From positions 384,001-448,000 of the forward strand of contig CAXXLX010000002.1 of NCBI GenBank assembly GCA_963665235.2: a DNA stretch of 64,000 nt, written 5' to 3'. The position numbers and the translations under genes were made by a program. Below the pieces are notes generated by a model. It did not search any database and was not told where the DNA came from. It saw nothing but the letters and a program-made list of their open reading frames with translations. This stretch comes from Candidatus Poribacteria bacterium. GTDB lineage: Bacteria; Poribacteria; WGA-4E; WGA-3G. Below are positions 48,255 to 57,791 of this stretch, in pieces. The number at the start of each line of letters is the position of its first letter. Within the stretch, counting starts at the first letter, position 1.

Positions 48255-49297
48255 AATCCGCCGGTGCTGCGTGCGATAAATTTTTGGAACGGTTCATTAC
48301 GGCCGATAACATCCACCTGGATTTTGGCATCTTTTATTTTATTGTACACGTCGTTTGCAGCGTAAGACCCGCTGACATATTCGTCGGTGACTAAGATGAA
48401 ATGGAGTTTTGCATTTTGCCGTGGGGTGATTTCGTCAGCAGCTCGGACGAGGGCATCCATGGTTTTTTCGCCGCCGCGGCATTTCACTCTTGCAAGACTC
48501 CGTTTGATTTTTGCGACAGAACGGGTTTGCGGAATAACCTCAAAATCCCAACCCAGCATAGCGAACGCGGTACTATCCCGAAAAATCACGACACCGAGTG
48601 TAAAATCAAGCTCGGCTTCCTCAAATAGGTCGGTCATTTTATTCAGATAATCGCGGATTGCGTTAATATTATCTTTCATACTACCGCTGGCATCAATAAC
48701 GAAAACGATATCGGCGACCCCGGTGGTGTTGTTGGCTAAAATACGTTCTCCGATTCGCACCAATGCTATATCAGGCAGCATAAGTTCGCCTATATCTGGA
48801 AGGATATCCTCGACAGGGGGTTTAACCATCTGAAGTGTAACGCTAGGCCGATAAATCTTTTTTGGCACAAATTCACCTGTGCCTGATTCGCCACCGGCAG
48901 ACTCACTGGTTATGCTGGCCCCAGTACTTACCCCGGGTTTGCCAATCTCTGATACGCGCGGCGCGGGGAGCGTGAATCTTTGCTGTGGAAGCTCCGGATT
49001 TTCATGTGTGAAAGGGACGGTCGCTGGTGGGAGCGGAACCGGCTGAGCCACTGCTACCTGCCGCTGCCCGCGTTTCATTTTTACCGGCACTACTTCCGGC
49101 AGCGGACGCGGGTTATGCTTCGGAGTGAGTTTGGTGCGACGCTTCGGATAAATCTTTGTGATGTCAACGTGTGTCGTCCCTTCTTCCGGGCCAGGGTTCT
49201 TTTGCTGACTAGCCACCAATACAAACATCAGAACGATATGAAGAATAAACGAGAGCATAAGTGCAATTCGGGTGGATTTTCCAAATCTGTGTTTCAT
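48221..49297 (-). CDS. membrane-anchored vWA domain protein
   Basis: N-terminal S.ILH TM, Pro-rich linker, DIVFVIDASGSM, LVTDE. Confidence 0.85.
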   Translation of the reverse strand: MKHRFGKSTRIALMLSFILHIVLMFVLVASQQKNPGPEEGTTHVDITKIYPKRRTKLTPKHNPRPLPEVVPVKMKRGQRQVAVAQPVPLPPATVPFTHENPELPQQRFTLPAPRVSEIGKPGVSTGASITSESAGGESGTGEFVPKKIYRPSVTLQMVKPPVEDILPDIGELMLPDIALVRIGERILANNTTGVADIVFVIDASGSMKDNINAIRDYLNKMTDLFEEAELDFTLGVVIFRDSTAFAMLGWDFEVIPQTRSVAKIKRSLARVKCRGGEKTMDALVRAADEITPRQNAKLHFILVTDEYVSGSYAANDVYNKIKDAKIQVDVIGRNEPFQKFIARSTGGLWIPISSLGTQ

Positions 49298-49438
49298 GGT
49301 TATGCATCCCCCTTAATAGATATGATTTACGCAATTCCTTTTATCCGAGTCTTTTGGAGAAAATCTAAAAACGTGTCTTTTTACCATTATAGCATAATTG
49401 ACAGCAAAAAGCAAAAAAGGGCAGAAATCAGCTTTAGA

Positions 49439-49477
49439 AAAAAAAGTGTTGACAAAAAAACTTAAGTTTGGTATTAT
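49439..49477 (+). repeat. 39-bp direct repeat containing a TTGACA...TATTAT promoter; second copy 52404-52442
   Basis: one mismatch between the copies. Confidence 0.9.
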
Positions 49478-50881
49478 CAACGTTCCGCTACAAAACCCAA
49501 TCCTTCAGGTTTGGGATGTAGTAGCGGTGCATGAGTTGAAGTTTTAATTTGACTTTCTGACAAAAATGTGGTATAATAGGGACAGCCCCTAACACAAAAT
49601 ATGTCCAAGGAAACAAAGGTGTGTAGTGCGAAACACAAAACACAAACTCTTTCATGATAAGACCTTAAAGCGTCTGCATGACGAGCTTAATATCTGTGGT
49701 GTTGTTCGAAATCACTTCATCGCCTTGTCTATGCGATATTACCGTCGGTATGGTAAAGGTTTGTCGTATTCTAAAATGTCTGCTCATTTAACGAAGCTGA
49801 AGCAACTGAAGAAGTATGCCCATTGGAATATTCCGTATTCCTGGTCGTTACAAAATGTAGTTAAACGCCTTGCTCAATCGTTTAGAGAGATGCGGACGCA
49901 CAAACGCGGGCACCCCCAATTTAAGAAATGCCAAAAGCACAAAGGCATGACGTTTCGCGGTGAGCAAGTTCGTATAGAGAAGTTGCTTGACCAACAAAAG
50001 TATCACAGAAACCACCCAACCTATAGCATTCGCCTAAATGGGGGTTGGTATCGTTTTGCTTTGCATCGCGAGATACAAGGTGAAATCAAAGAAGTTCACG
50101 TCACACGTGACGCACTCGGAGCCATCTATATCACAGTCACTGAAGACTATAACGAAGTCATACCCGAACCTAAGACGGGTAAAGCCGAAGGGTTTGATTT
50201 TGGTATCAAAGACTTCTTGACTAGCAGTGACGCGAAACGATATAGTTCTCCGATGTTCTACCAACAGAATGCTAAAGACCTTGTGTTCGCCCAACGTGAT
50301 TTGTCTCGTAAGGTTACAGGTTCTAACAACCAAGAGCGTGCTAAAAAACGAGTTGCACGTATACACAAGAAAACAAAGACTCAGAGAACAGACCACCATT
50401 GGAAACTTGCTATTGACCTCTGTCGGCAGTTTGATATTCTGTTCTTTGAAGACCTAAATCTTAATGGTATGAAACAGATTTTAGGGAAACAAGTATCGGA
50501 CCTTGCTTTTGGTGAGTTCCTGCAAAAACTTAAACACCAAGCTAAAAAGCGGATCCGCTTTGTGCTAAAGATTGGACGCTTTTTCCCTACAACAAAGGTC
50601 TGTTCTGTTTGCGGACATAAAAACGAAACAATCACATTAGCAGATAGAAAATGGACTTGTCCAAGTTGTTTGACGCACCTTGACCGAGACCATAACGCTG
50701 CTATCAACATTCTAAAGGAAGGGGTAGCTTCCTTTGGCTTAGGAGTCGTCAGACCTATAGTTTTGTCTAACAAGATTGTGGGCTGCTCCGTTGAAGCTTC
50801 TAGTCGGCTTCTGAAATCCACAAATGCTTTCGTCTAAAAATTGTGACGGAAGCCCCCATGCTTTAGCTGGGGGTCTATCAC
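49478..50881 (+). mobile_element. IS200/IS605 family element, tnpB-only (IS1341-type)
   Basis: TTAT at the left flank, left-end hairpin 49496-49515, right-end hairpin 50851-50873 ending TCAC; internal promoter 49549-49577. Confidence 0.85.
49626..50837 (+). CDS. tnpB: RNA-guided endonuclease TnpB
   Basis: RuvC motifs GFDFG, FEDL, DRDHNAAINI; zinc finger CSVC/CPSC. Confidence 0.93.
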   Translation: MRNTKHKLFHDKTLKRLHDELNICGVVRNHFIALSMRYYRRYGKGLSYSKMSAHLTKLKQLKKYAHWNIPYSWSLQNVVKRLAQSFREMRTHKRGHPQFKKCQKHKGMTFRGEQVRIEKLLDQQKYHRNHPTYSIRLNGGWYRFALHREIQGEIKEVHVTRDALGAIYITVTEDYNEVIPEPKTGKAEGFDFGIKDFLTSSDAKRYSSPMFYQQNAKDLVFAQRDLSRKVTGSNNQERAKKRVARIHKKTKTQRTDHHWKLAIDLCRQFDILFFEDLNLNGMKQILGKQVSDLAFGEFLQKLKHQAKKRIRFVLKIGRFFPTTKVCSVCGHKNETITLADRKWTCPSCLTHLDRDHNAAINILKEGVASFGLGVVRPIVLSNKIVGCSVEASSRLLKSTNAFV

Positions 50882-51092
50882 CAGGCTGGACATTAACGAG
50901 CCATATCTTGCCCGAAAATCTTGTTTTCCAACTTGTGATTGGAGCAATTAACCTTATCTGTAGGTGTCTGATGCTATTAATGTTTACTACCACGGCAGGC
51001 CGGATTTTCTGAATCTCTGTACCAATAGTCGGATCGAAGTCTACATCCCAAACTTCTCCCCGACGCGGATTAGGGAATATCGTACTCGACAA
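50882..51092 (-). pseudogene. mazF: PemK/MazF toxin, truncated by the IS
   Basis: RGEVWDVDFDPTIGTEIQK.RPAVVV...APITS; the frame then runs into the IS right end. Confidence 0.85.
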
Positions 51093-52272
51093 TGGGACCT
51101 CCTTCCCACTCCTGCCACTCCGTATCGTGCTCGTAGAAATCTGCCATTTCCTTCGCTTGTTCGCTCAGGATACGGTCTCTCTCTTTCTTTGGCAACGCTA
51201 AGAATTGACCACGTTCACTCAATGATGGGTTAGTAGGTAGTTCTATCGCGTTATTAAGGAGTTGTTTGGCTTCTGTTTCGCTTATGAACTCCTCTGAAAG
51301 TGCTCGGAGCACCTGCTGGTGAAATCGCTCTGGTTTTTCAGGGAGTATCTCAATCGGTTCATGCTCTTTCCAACCGAATTTATTGATTTGAATGTCCCAC
51401 TTCTTATGGTAAGCGTCAGTAATAATTTCCAAATCTCTCAGCCGAAACAGTATTGCCTGAATGCTCATACCATAACGTTTTTTGAGATAGAAAAGTTCAT
51501 TTTTTTCAATGCGGCTCCGCTTTTCACCAACGTCGCGATACAGCTGTTCCGCGGGCGCAAGAAAAGCACCACCGAACCGAAAAGCAGCTTTTTCTGGATC
51601 AACGTCGTTGTGTAAATCTAAAACGAGATGTCCAAGCTCATGAGTGATATTGAGTCGCTGCCGGTCCCCCGGGACACCGTGGCGCGTTGCAATTGCTGCC
51701 GCAAGTAGATTGCCGTTGGCATCCCGTGCTACGGCAGAAATGCCATCAAACGTTTTACTTGCTTCCACCTCAATGATGTGAATGTAATGTGCTTCAAGTA
51801 CACCGGTAAGGTTTGCAATTGGATCGATACCTAAATTCAACGTATTGCGCAGCGCGAGGGCAGCGTTCTCGGCATCATTCAAATTGCGTACAGCAGCACT
51901 GAGTAGCGGAAACTCAGGGATGTCTCCTTCACAAATGTGCTCCTGCAACTGAACCCGTTTCTCAAATTCTTCTGCTACAAAACCCTGTATCCGTTTTTGC
52001 TCTCTTTTACCCAAACGAGCATGCTTCCGGAAGGCAATCCACTCAACGTGACATGGCGGCTCACCCCACAATTGGGCGGACTTAATTCCAAGGGCGGAAG
52101 CAATTCGATTGAGGACTCTCGCTGTCGGTTGAAGCTGCCCATGCTCATATTTTGACAGGGTTTGTGTGCTCATCGGTCCCTCAATCGCAGCCGCCAGAGC
52201 ATTCAGTGACATACCCCGAGCAAGTCTAAATCTTCTCAGACGTTCTCCTAACACGATTATAACCCCCCTCAT
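51070..52272 (-). CDS. XRE HTH / ImmA-IrrE metallopeptidase fusion
   Basis: N-terminal HTH, HELGH, FGGAFLAP, YGMS. Confidence 0.88.
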   Translation of the reverse strand: MRGVIIVLGERLRRFRLARGMSLNALAAAIEGPMSTQTLSKYEHGQLQPTARVLNRIASALGIKSAQLWGEPPCHVEWIAFRKHARLGKREQKRIQGFVAEEFEKRVQLQEHICEGDIPEFPLLSAAVRNLNDAENAALALRNTLNLGIDPIANLTGVLEAHYIHIIEVEASKTFDGISAVARDANGNLLAAAIATRHGVPGDRQRLNITHELGHLVLDLHNDVDPEKAAFRFGGAFLAPAEQLYRDVGEKRSRIEKNELFYLKKRYGMSIQAILFRLRDLEIITDAYHKKWDIQINKFGWKEHEPIEILPEKPERFHQQVLRALSEEFISETEAKQLLNNAIELPTNPSLSERGQFLALPKKERDRILSEQAKEMADFYEHDTEWQEWEGGPIVEYDIP

Positions 52273-52452
52273 CCATTTTTGAGAAAACTTGTTAAAACCG
52301 TGAATTCGGTCTCACATTCCATAATAAATTCTATCATGCTTTTGATTATATCATTTTATGTCAGGTAACTCAAGTTATTTTTCGAGATATAGACCAATTT
52401 TTTAAAAAAAGTGTTGACAAAAAAATTTAAGTTTGGTATTATAGATTGTACA

Positions 52453-52881
52453 ATGTATTGTTACGATTATCCTCGCCCTTCGGTTACTGTTGATATTGTA
52501 CTCTTGACAGATGCGTTTCCGCGTCCTGAGATACTGTTAATTCAGCGTAAGAACGCACCGTTCAAAGGATTTTGGGCATTGCCGGGGGGATTCATAGAGA
52601 TGGATGAAACGCTTGAAGCCACCGCCCTTCGCGAGTTACATGAGGAAACAGGACTATCAGATGTCCACCTACGCCAGGTGGCGACCTTCGGAAATCCGGA
52701 CCGAGACCCCCGGGGCCGTGTGATTACCGTCGCTTACGTTGGCACTGTTAAAAAGATGGAACAGAGGGCTATAGCTGGGTCTGATGCCGCAGAGGTTGCC
52801 TGGTTTTCAACCGACAATTTACCACCCCTGGCATTTGACCACGGCGAGATAATCCAAAAAACGTTGGAGGGATTAGCATGA
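52453..52881 (+). CDS. NUDIX hydrolase
   Basis: WALPGGF...ET...A.REL.EETG, RDPRG, LAFDH. Confidence 0.92.
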   Translation: MYCYDYPRPSVTVDIVLLTDAFPRPEILLIQRKNAPFKGFWALPGGFIEMDETLEATALRELHEETGLSDVHLRQVATFGNPDRDPRGRVITVAYVGTVKKMEQRAIAGSDAAEVAWFSTDNLPPLAFDHGEIIQKTLEGLA

Positions 52882-53210
52882 AACACTTCGGCTTAACGTT
52901 GAACCTCAAAAACGACGCGGCACTTATAGAAGAGTATAAAGCATATCATCGCGAGGCATGGCCGGAGGTATTGGATGCCCTAAAAGCGGTCGGCATAACG
53001 AAAATGAATATTTACCTGCTCGGGTGTCGTTTGTTTATGGCGATGGAGACGGTTGATACGTTTAATATGGAAACCGATTTTCCGCGTTATCTCCGAGAAC
53101 ATCCGAAGTGCAAGGCTTGGGATGAATTGATGCGAACGTTTCAAGAACCGGTGGCGGAAGCGCAGGAAGGCGAATGGTGGGCTCTGATGGAACCGGTCTT
53201 TGAGCTGTAA
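52878..53210 (+). CDS. L-rhamnose mutarotase family protein
   Basis: EEY...H...WPE, GI..M.IY, W..LM, MEPVF. Confidence 0.85.
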   Translation: MKHFGLTLNLKNDAALIEEYKAYHREAWPEVLDALKAVGITKMNIYLLGCRLFMAMETVDTFNMETDFPRYLREHPKCKAWDELMRTFQEPVAEAQEGEWWALMEPVFEL

Positions 53211-53236
53211 CACACAAAAAAGGACGCGCCTCTTCA

Positions 53237-54073
53237 ATGCCCATAACTTTTCTATCTATCGGTCATTTTTGTTATGATGTTTCGCCAGAAGGCTACCTGC
53301 TCGGTGGTTCTGCAGCCTATGCTACACTGACTGCACGGAACCTCGGACATTCTGCCCGGGCGGTTACAGCTGTTGGCCCGAACTTCCAGCGGGAAAATTG
53401 TCTGTTGGATGGCATTGAAATCGTCTATCAGGAATCACCTGAAACAACGGTCTTTGATAACCGCTATGATGAAATAGGGCATAGACAGCAATTTATCTTA
53501 GGCACAGCGCGGAAACTACACGGAACAGATGTCCCCGCTAAATGGCGGACTACCGATATAGCCTACTTATGTCCAATTGCAGATGAGGTTTCCGCAGAAA
53601 TTGTCCACTGTTTTAGCAAGAACACCTTAATAGGCGCGACACCGCAAGGATGGATGCGCCGCTGGGACACTAACGGTAAGGTTCAAGTTGCACGATGGCA
53701 GACCGCCGAAGATATTTTGCCTTACATTGAGGTATTAATTCTAAGTGACGAAGATTTGCGCGGCTATCCAGAGGAATTGGATAAATACATCCGATTAACC
53801 CCGATTGTCGTACTAACAGAAGGTGCAAAGGGCGCGACGCTTTTTCAAAACGGGACACAAGTAGAATCAACAGCCTATCCTGCTACAGAGGTTGACCCGA
53901 CAGGCGCGGGCGATGTGTTCGCAACCGCTTTCCTACTCGACTATTATCAAACCCGTTCTGCACGGAAGGCACTCAATTTCGCACACTGTGTAGCTTCGTT
54001 TTCGGTCGAAGGGGTAGGAGCAACCCGGCTCCCGAAACTTACACAGGTGATGGCGCGCTTGAAACAGGTTTGA
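53237..54073 (+). CDS. PfkB family carbohydrate kinase
   Basis: GGSAAY, DPTGAGDVF. Confidence 0.9.
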   Translation: MPITFLSIGHFCYDVSPEGYLLGGSAAYATLTARNLGHSARAVTAVGPNFQRENCLLDGIEIVYQESPETTVFDNRYDEIGHRQQFILGTARKLHGTDVPAKWRTTDIAYLCPIADEVSAEIVHCFSKNTLIGATPQGWMRRWDTNGKVQVARWQTAEDILPYIEVLILSDEDLRGYPEELDKYIRLTPIVVLTEGAKGATLFQNGTQVESTAYPATEVDPTGAGDVFATAFLLDYYQTRSARKALNFAHCVASFSVEGVGATRLPKLTQVMARLKQV

Positions 54074-54195
54074 AGGGAATCGACTTATAGGTGTATAGAC
54101 TAATAACTTTTGTAGGCCGGGTTGACTGAAGAGAAACCCGACACTGACTACGAACATGGACAGGACAAATAGCAATTCTTAATAAGGTAAAAATA

Positions 54196-55083
54196 ATGAC
54201 GACAATTAGTTATGACTTCATCGCATTCAGCAGCAGAACTTCAGCAACCGGTTGGAACCTCGGAATGAGGGCAATCCAAGGCGAAGTACCATTGGACGTT
54301 GTCATACCGAGCTTGAATGTATCACGAAATGTCGATAATAAGGAAATAGTCGGTGTCCTAACAACTGAGGGAACAGCACGAGAGAGTGACGATGCCCTCG
54401 AGCTTTACCGATATCTTCGGCGATTGAACCCGAAAACGAGTGACGCATTCGGATACAATGAGGTAGTCATTCGTAATATCCATAACCGACTCGGGGCATT
54501 GAACGTCGGGCAGGAACTCCAGGTCCAAATTACTTACATCGAGCGGAAAGGACCGTACACACAAATCTCATATAACCTCAAGTTGTTAGGGGTCTTCGAT
54601 ATTGGCACACCCGAAGAAACCGAGCCCGACGAAATGCCGGAAACACAGACTGCCGATACGGAACCACAGGCAAGCATACCCGCAATGAGCGCGGACCCCC
54701 CTGTTTATAAAACAACGAATACGTTAGAGAAATTAATCGTCTTTACGCAAAACCTGCAGCAGGAACTAACCGAGCTACAGGGAAAAGTTTCGGTGATGTC
54801 AGAGAAAATCCGGCAGTTAGAATCTGACAGACAACACTACATGGAACTGCAAAATCTGCTTCAAGACATTGTGGAACGGCTCAACTATCTGGAAACCTTC
54901 GACCAACGTATTGCCACCCTTGAAAACAACCGGGACCACATCGACAAACTAGAAAAAACCTTAACAACGTTTTTCAGAACCTCCCATCGGCAAACGGAGG
55001 CACTACTTAAAGAGGTCGGAGAACAGATGGATGACACCAATAACGCAACTTCTTATGCAGACGACGAGGAGGCCCCCGCATGA
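54196..55083 (+). CDS. hypothetical protein with C-terminal coiled coil
   Basis: 295-aa ORF whose stop overlaps the next start. Confidence 0.65.
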   Translation: MTTISYDFIAFSSRTSATGWNLGMRAIQGEVPLDVVIPSLNVSRNVDNKEIVGVLTTEGTARESDDALELYRYLRRLNPKTSDAFGYNEVVIRNIHNRLGALNVGQELQVQITYIERKGPYTQISYNLKLLGVFDIGTPEETEPDEMPETQTADTEPQASIPAMSADPPVYKTTNTLEKLIVFTQNLQQELTELQGKVSVMSEKIRQLESDRQHYMELQNLLQDIVERLNYLETFDQRIATLENNRDHIDKLEKTLTTFFRTSHRQTEALLKEVGEQMDDTNNATSYADDEEAPA

Positions 55084-55880
55084 TGAAAATTGGTACCATG
55101 TCTTTAAATGTCAAAGGCACCACAGCAACCGATTTCGCCCAAATCGTATACGACCTCGGCTTTGACGTGATTGAACTCCACTCAAGTGCATTTGAATCTA
55201 CCGATGCCGCATACTTACGTGACCTGAAACTTAACCTCATGCGGAAGGGTTTACCGCTCGGATACATCGGTATCAGCAACAACTTCGGTAAACCTATCGC
55301 TGAACACCCCGAACAGATTGCCCTGATAAAAAAATGGATTGATGTCGCTGCTTTTATGAGCTGCCCCCTCGTTCGCGTATTCGCCGCTTATGTCCCCGCA
55401 GATTGTGAAGATGAGGAAACTTTGTGGCCCCCGATGATTGACGGTTTCAAGGAAGCCGCCGAATACGGATATGAATCCGGTATCCTCGTCGGACTGCAAA
55501 ATCACAATCACAACAACGTCACGCGAGATGGCGATGCCGTTTTACGCGCATTAACCGAAACCGACCACCCCTATTTCACACATATCTTGGATACTGGACA
55601 ATACGCGGGCTCCCCAGGCGCAAGTGGACATCGCGGCTCACCGCACCCAGATTACGACTGCTATGCCAGTATCGAACAGACAGCCCCGCACGCTGTTTAT
55701 GTCCGCACCAAGTTTTATGAAATTGATAGCGGCGTAGAGGAATGGCTGGACTATCCCCGGGTTTTGGACATCTTGCGAGCGGTCGGCTATAACGGCTGTC
55801 TTTCCGTTGTCTATGAAGGACAATCCGACCCGATTGAATCCATGCGGAAGGCGAGAAGTTATCTGGAGTCCTTGCTATGA
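55080..55880 (+). CDS. sugar phosphate isomerase/epimerase (TIM barrel) family
   Basis: GFD.IE, RVF, LQNH, LDTG, Y.G.LS..YEG. Confidence 0.85.
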   Translation: MMKIGTMSLNVKGTTATDFAQIVYDLGFDVIELHSSAFESTDAAYLRDLKLNLMRKGLPLGYIGISNNFGKPIAEHPEQIALIKKWIDVAAFMSCPLVRVFAAYVPADCEDEETLWPPMIDGFKEAAEYGYESGILVGLQNHNHNNVTRDGDAVLRALTETDHPYFTHILDTGQYAGSPGASGHRGSPHPDYDCYASIEQTAPHAVYVRTKFYEIDSGVEEWLDYPRVLDILRAVGYNGCLSVVYEGQSDPIESMRKARSYLESLL

Positions 55881-56980
55881 AAACGCGTACCGCTGTTATG
55901 TATCAACATAATCAACCTGTCGTCGTTGAGGAATTGGAATTGGAGGAGCCCAAAGCAAACGAAGTGCTCGTCCGAACCGCTGCAAGCGGTGTCTGCCACT
56001 CCGATCTCTCCGTTGTCACGGGGGCTATCTATTACGATGCCGCCGTCGCACTCGGGCACGAAGGGGCTGGCGTTATTGAACGTGTAGGCGCGGATGTGAC
56101 AGGTTTTCACCCAGGCGACCATGTTATCCTCTCCTTCGTCAGTTATTGCGGCGATTGTCCGATGTGTCATATAGAAAAGGTGTGCCTCTGCGAAAGCTAC
56201 GATGTACCGCGCGGTTTTCAATTAGATGGCACCTATCGACTCTATAACAGCGCAGGTGACGGTATCCTTCAGATGGCGCGTATTGCAACCATGTCGGAAT
56301 ACATGGTGGTACCACAACAAAACCTTGTCAAAATTGACCCGCAGTATGCATTAGAAAAAGCGGCACTTGTCGGATGTGGTGTAACAACAGGCGTTGGTGC
56401 TGTTCTGAACACGGCAAAGGTAGAGCCCGGCAGTGCTGTAGCGGTTATCGGCACGGGCGGAGTCGGTTTAAACGTTATTCAAGGGGCAGGGCTTGCACAA
56501 GCAGGTCCGATTATCGCTGTTGATATTTCGGAGAAGAAGCTTAACTTCGCGAAAAATTTCGGTGCTACGGACACTGTCAACGCTGCCGAGGTTGACCCTG
56601 TTGACGCTGTTCGTGAATTGACAGATGGACGCGGTGTAGATTACGCGTTTGAGGTCATCGGAAACCCAGAAACGATTGTTCAGGCTTACCGCATGGTGCG
56701 TGCAGCAGGCACCGCGGTGATTGTCGGCATGGCACACCATCAAAAGGAATTCAGCATCCCCGCACAACACTTTGTCTCAACGGAAAGACAGCTCATCGGG
56801 TCGTTCTACGGGTCGTGTCACCCCCGAGTCGATATGCCGAAACTTCTCAATCTTTATACAGAGGGAAAATTGAAGTTGGATGAGCTAATTACACGTCACT
56901 ATCGGCTCGAACAGATTAATGAGGCGTTCGCAGACATGGAGGCCGGTGAAAACGCCCGCGGGGTTATTGTTTTCAACTAA
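55877..56980 (+). CDS. Zn-dependent alcohol dehydrogenase
   Basis: GVCHSD, GHEGAG, CxxCxxC, GTGGVG. Confidence 0.93.
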   Translation: MKTRTAVMYQHNQPVVVEELELEEPKANEVLVRTAASGVCHSDLSVVTGAIYYDAAVALGHEGAGVIERVGADVTGFHPGDHVILSFVSYCGDCPMCHIEKVCLCESYDVPRGFQLDGTYRLYNSAGDGILQMARIATMSEYMVVPQQNLVKIDPQYALEKAALVGCGVTTGVGAVLNTAKVEPGSAVAVIGTGGVGLNVIQGAGLAQAGPIIAVDISEKKLNFAKNFGATDTVNAAEVDPVDAVRELTDGRGVDYAFEVIGNPETIVQAYRMVRAAGTAVIVGMAHHQKEFSIPAQHFVSTERQLIGSFYGSCHPRVDMPKLLNLYTEGKLKLDELITRHYRLEQINEAFADMEAGENARGVIVFN

Positions 56981-56987
56981 ACACAAA

Positions 56988-57767
56988 ATGGCAAATTCTA
57001 TACATGCATCAGTCCGAAAACAGTTCAGTCAGCATGCCGACTATTATGCACAGAGCAGCGTGCATGCCGAAGGTGATACCCTTGAGGTTATCCTCAATTT
57101 TGCGGACCCGAAGGGTACAGAAAAGACGTTGGATATAGCCACCGGCACAGGCTTTACCGCCTTCGCGCTTGCACCCAAAGTGGAGCATGTCGTCGCCACG
57201 GACCTCACCCCGGAGATGGTAGGGAAAGCCGCCGATTTGGCACAGGAACAGGCAATACGAAACGTTACGTTCTCTGTCGCTGCTGCGGAGGCTTTACCCT
57301 TTGCAACCGCTTCGTTAGATTTAGTCACCTGTCGACTTGCACCCCATCATTTTCAGGATGTGCCCGCATTTTTGCGCGAAGTTTATCGCGTCCTACGGAA
57401 AGATGGACTGTTCTGTATGGTCGATTCCGTTTCGCCTGAGTCGGAGAGATTGATAACGTGGCAAAACCGCGTGGAGACGTTACGCGACGAATCCCATGTG
57501 TATGGATACCCCCCATCGCAGTGGGATGCGATGATTACGGAGGCGGGATTTGAAATTGAGGAGACTGCACACACACGAAATGCGTTGATGTCCTTTTTGT
57601 GGTGGGTGCGTCCGCAGAAAAATCCGCCGGAGCTGGTCCGGAAAATCCGTGAGGCGTTCGCTGAACTTTCGCCTGATGATGCAAAAACCTATTATACAGT
57701 TGAACCCGCAGGGGATGATTTCTACTTTTCGTGGCCGATGTATGCGGTTAAGGCGCGGCATCTGTAA
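56988..57767 (+). CDS. class I SAM-dependent methyltransferase
   Basis: LDIATGTG, AEALPF, CRLAPHHF. Confidence 0.9.
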   Translation: MANSIHASVRKQFSQHADYYAQSSVHAEGDTLEVILNFADPKGTEKTLDIATGTGFTAFALAPKVEHVVATDLTPEMVGKAADLAQEQAIRNVTFSVAAAEALPFATASLDLVTCRLAPHHFQDVPAFLREVYRVLRKDGLFCMVDSVSPESERLITWQNRVETLRDESHVYGYPPSQWDAMITEAGFEIEETAHTRNALMSFLWWVRPQKNPPELVRKIREAFAELSPDDAKTYYTVEPAGDDFYFSWPMYAVKARHL

Positions 57768-57791
57768 TTGAGATTCGCCTGGCAAAAGCTA

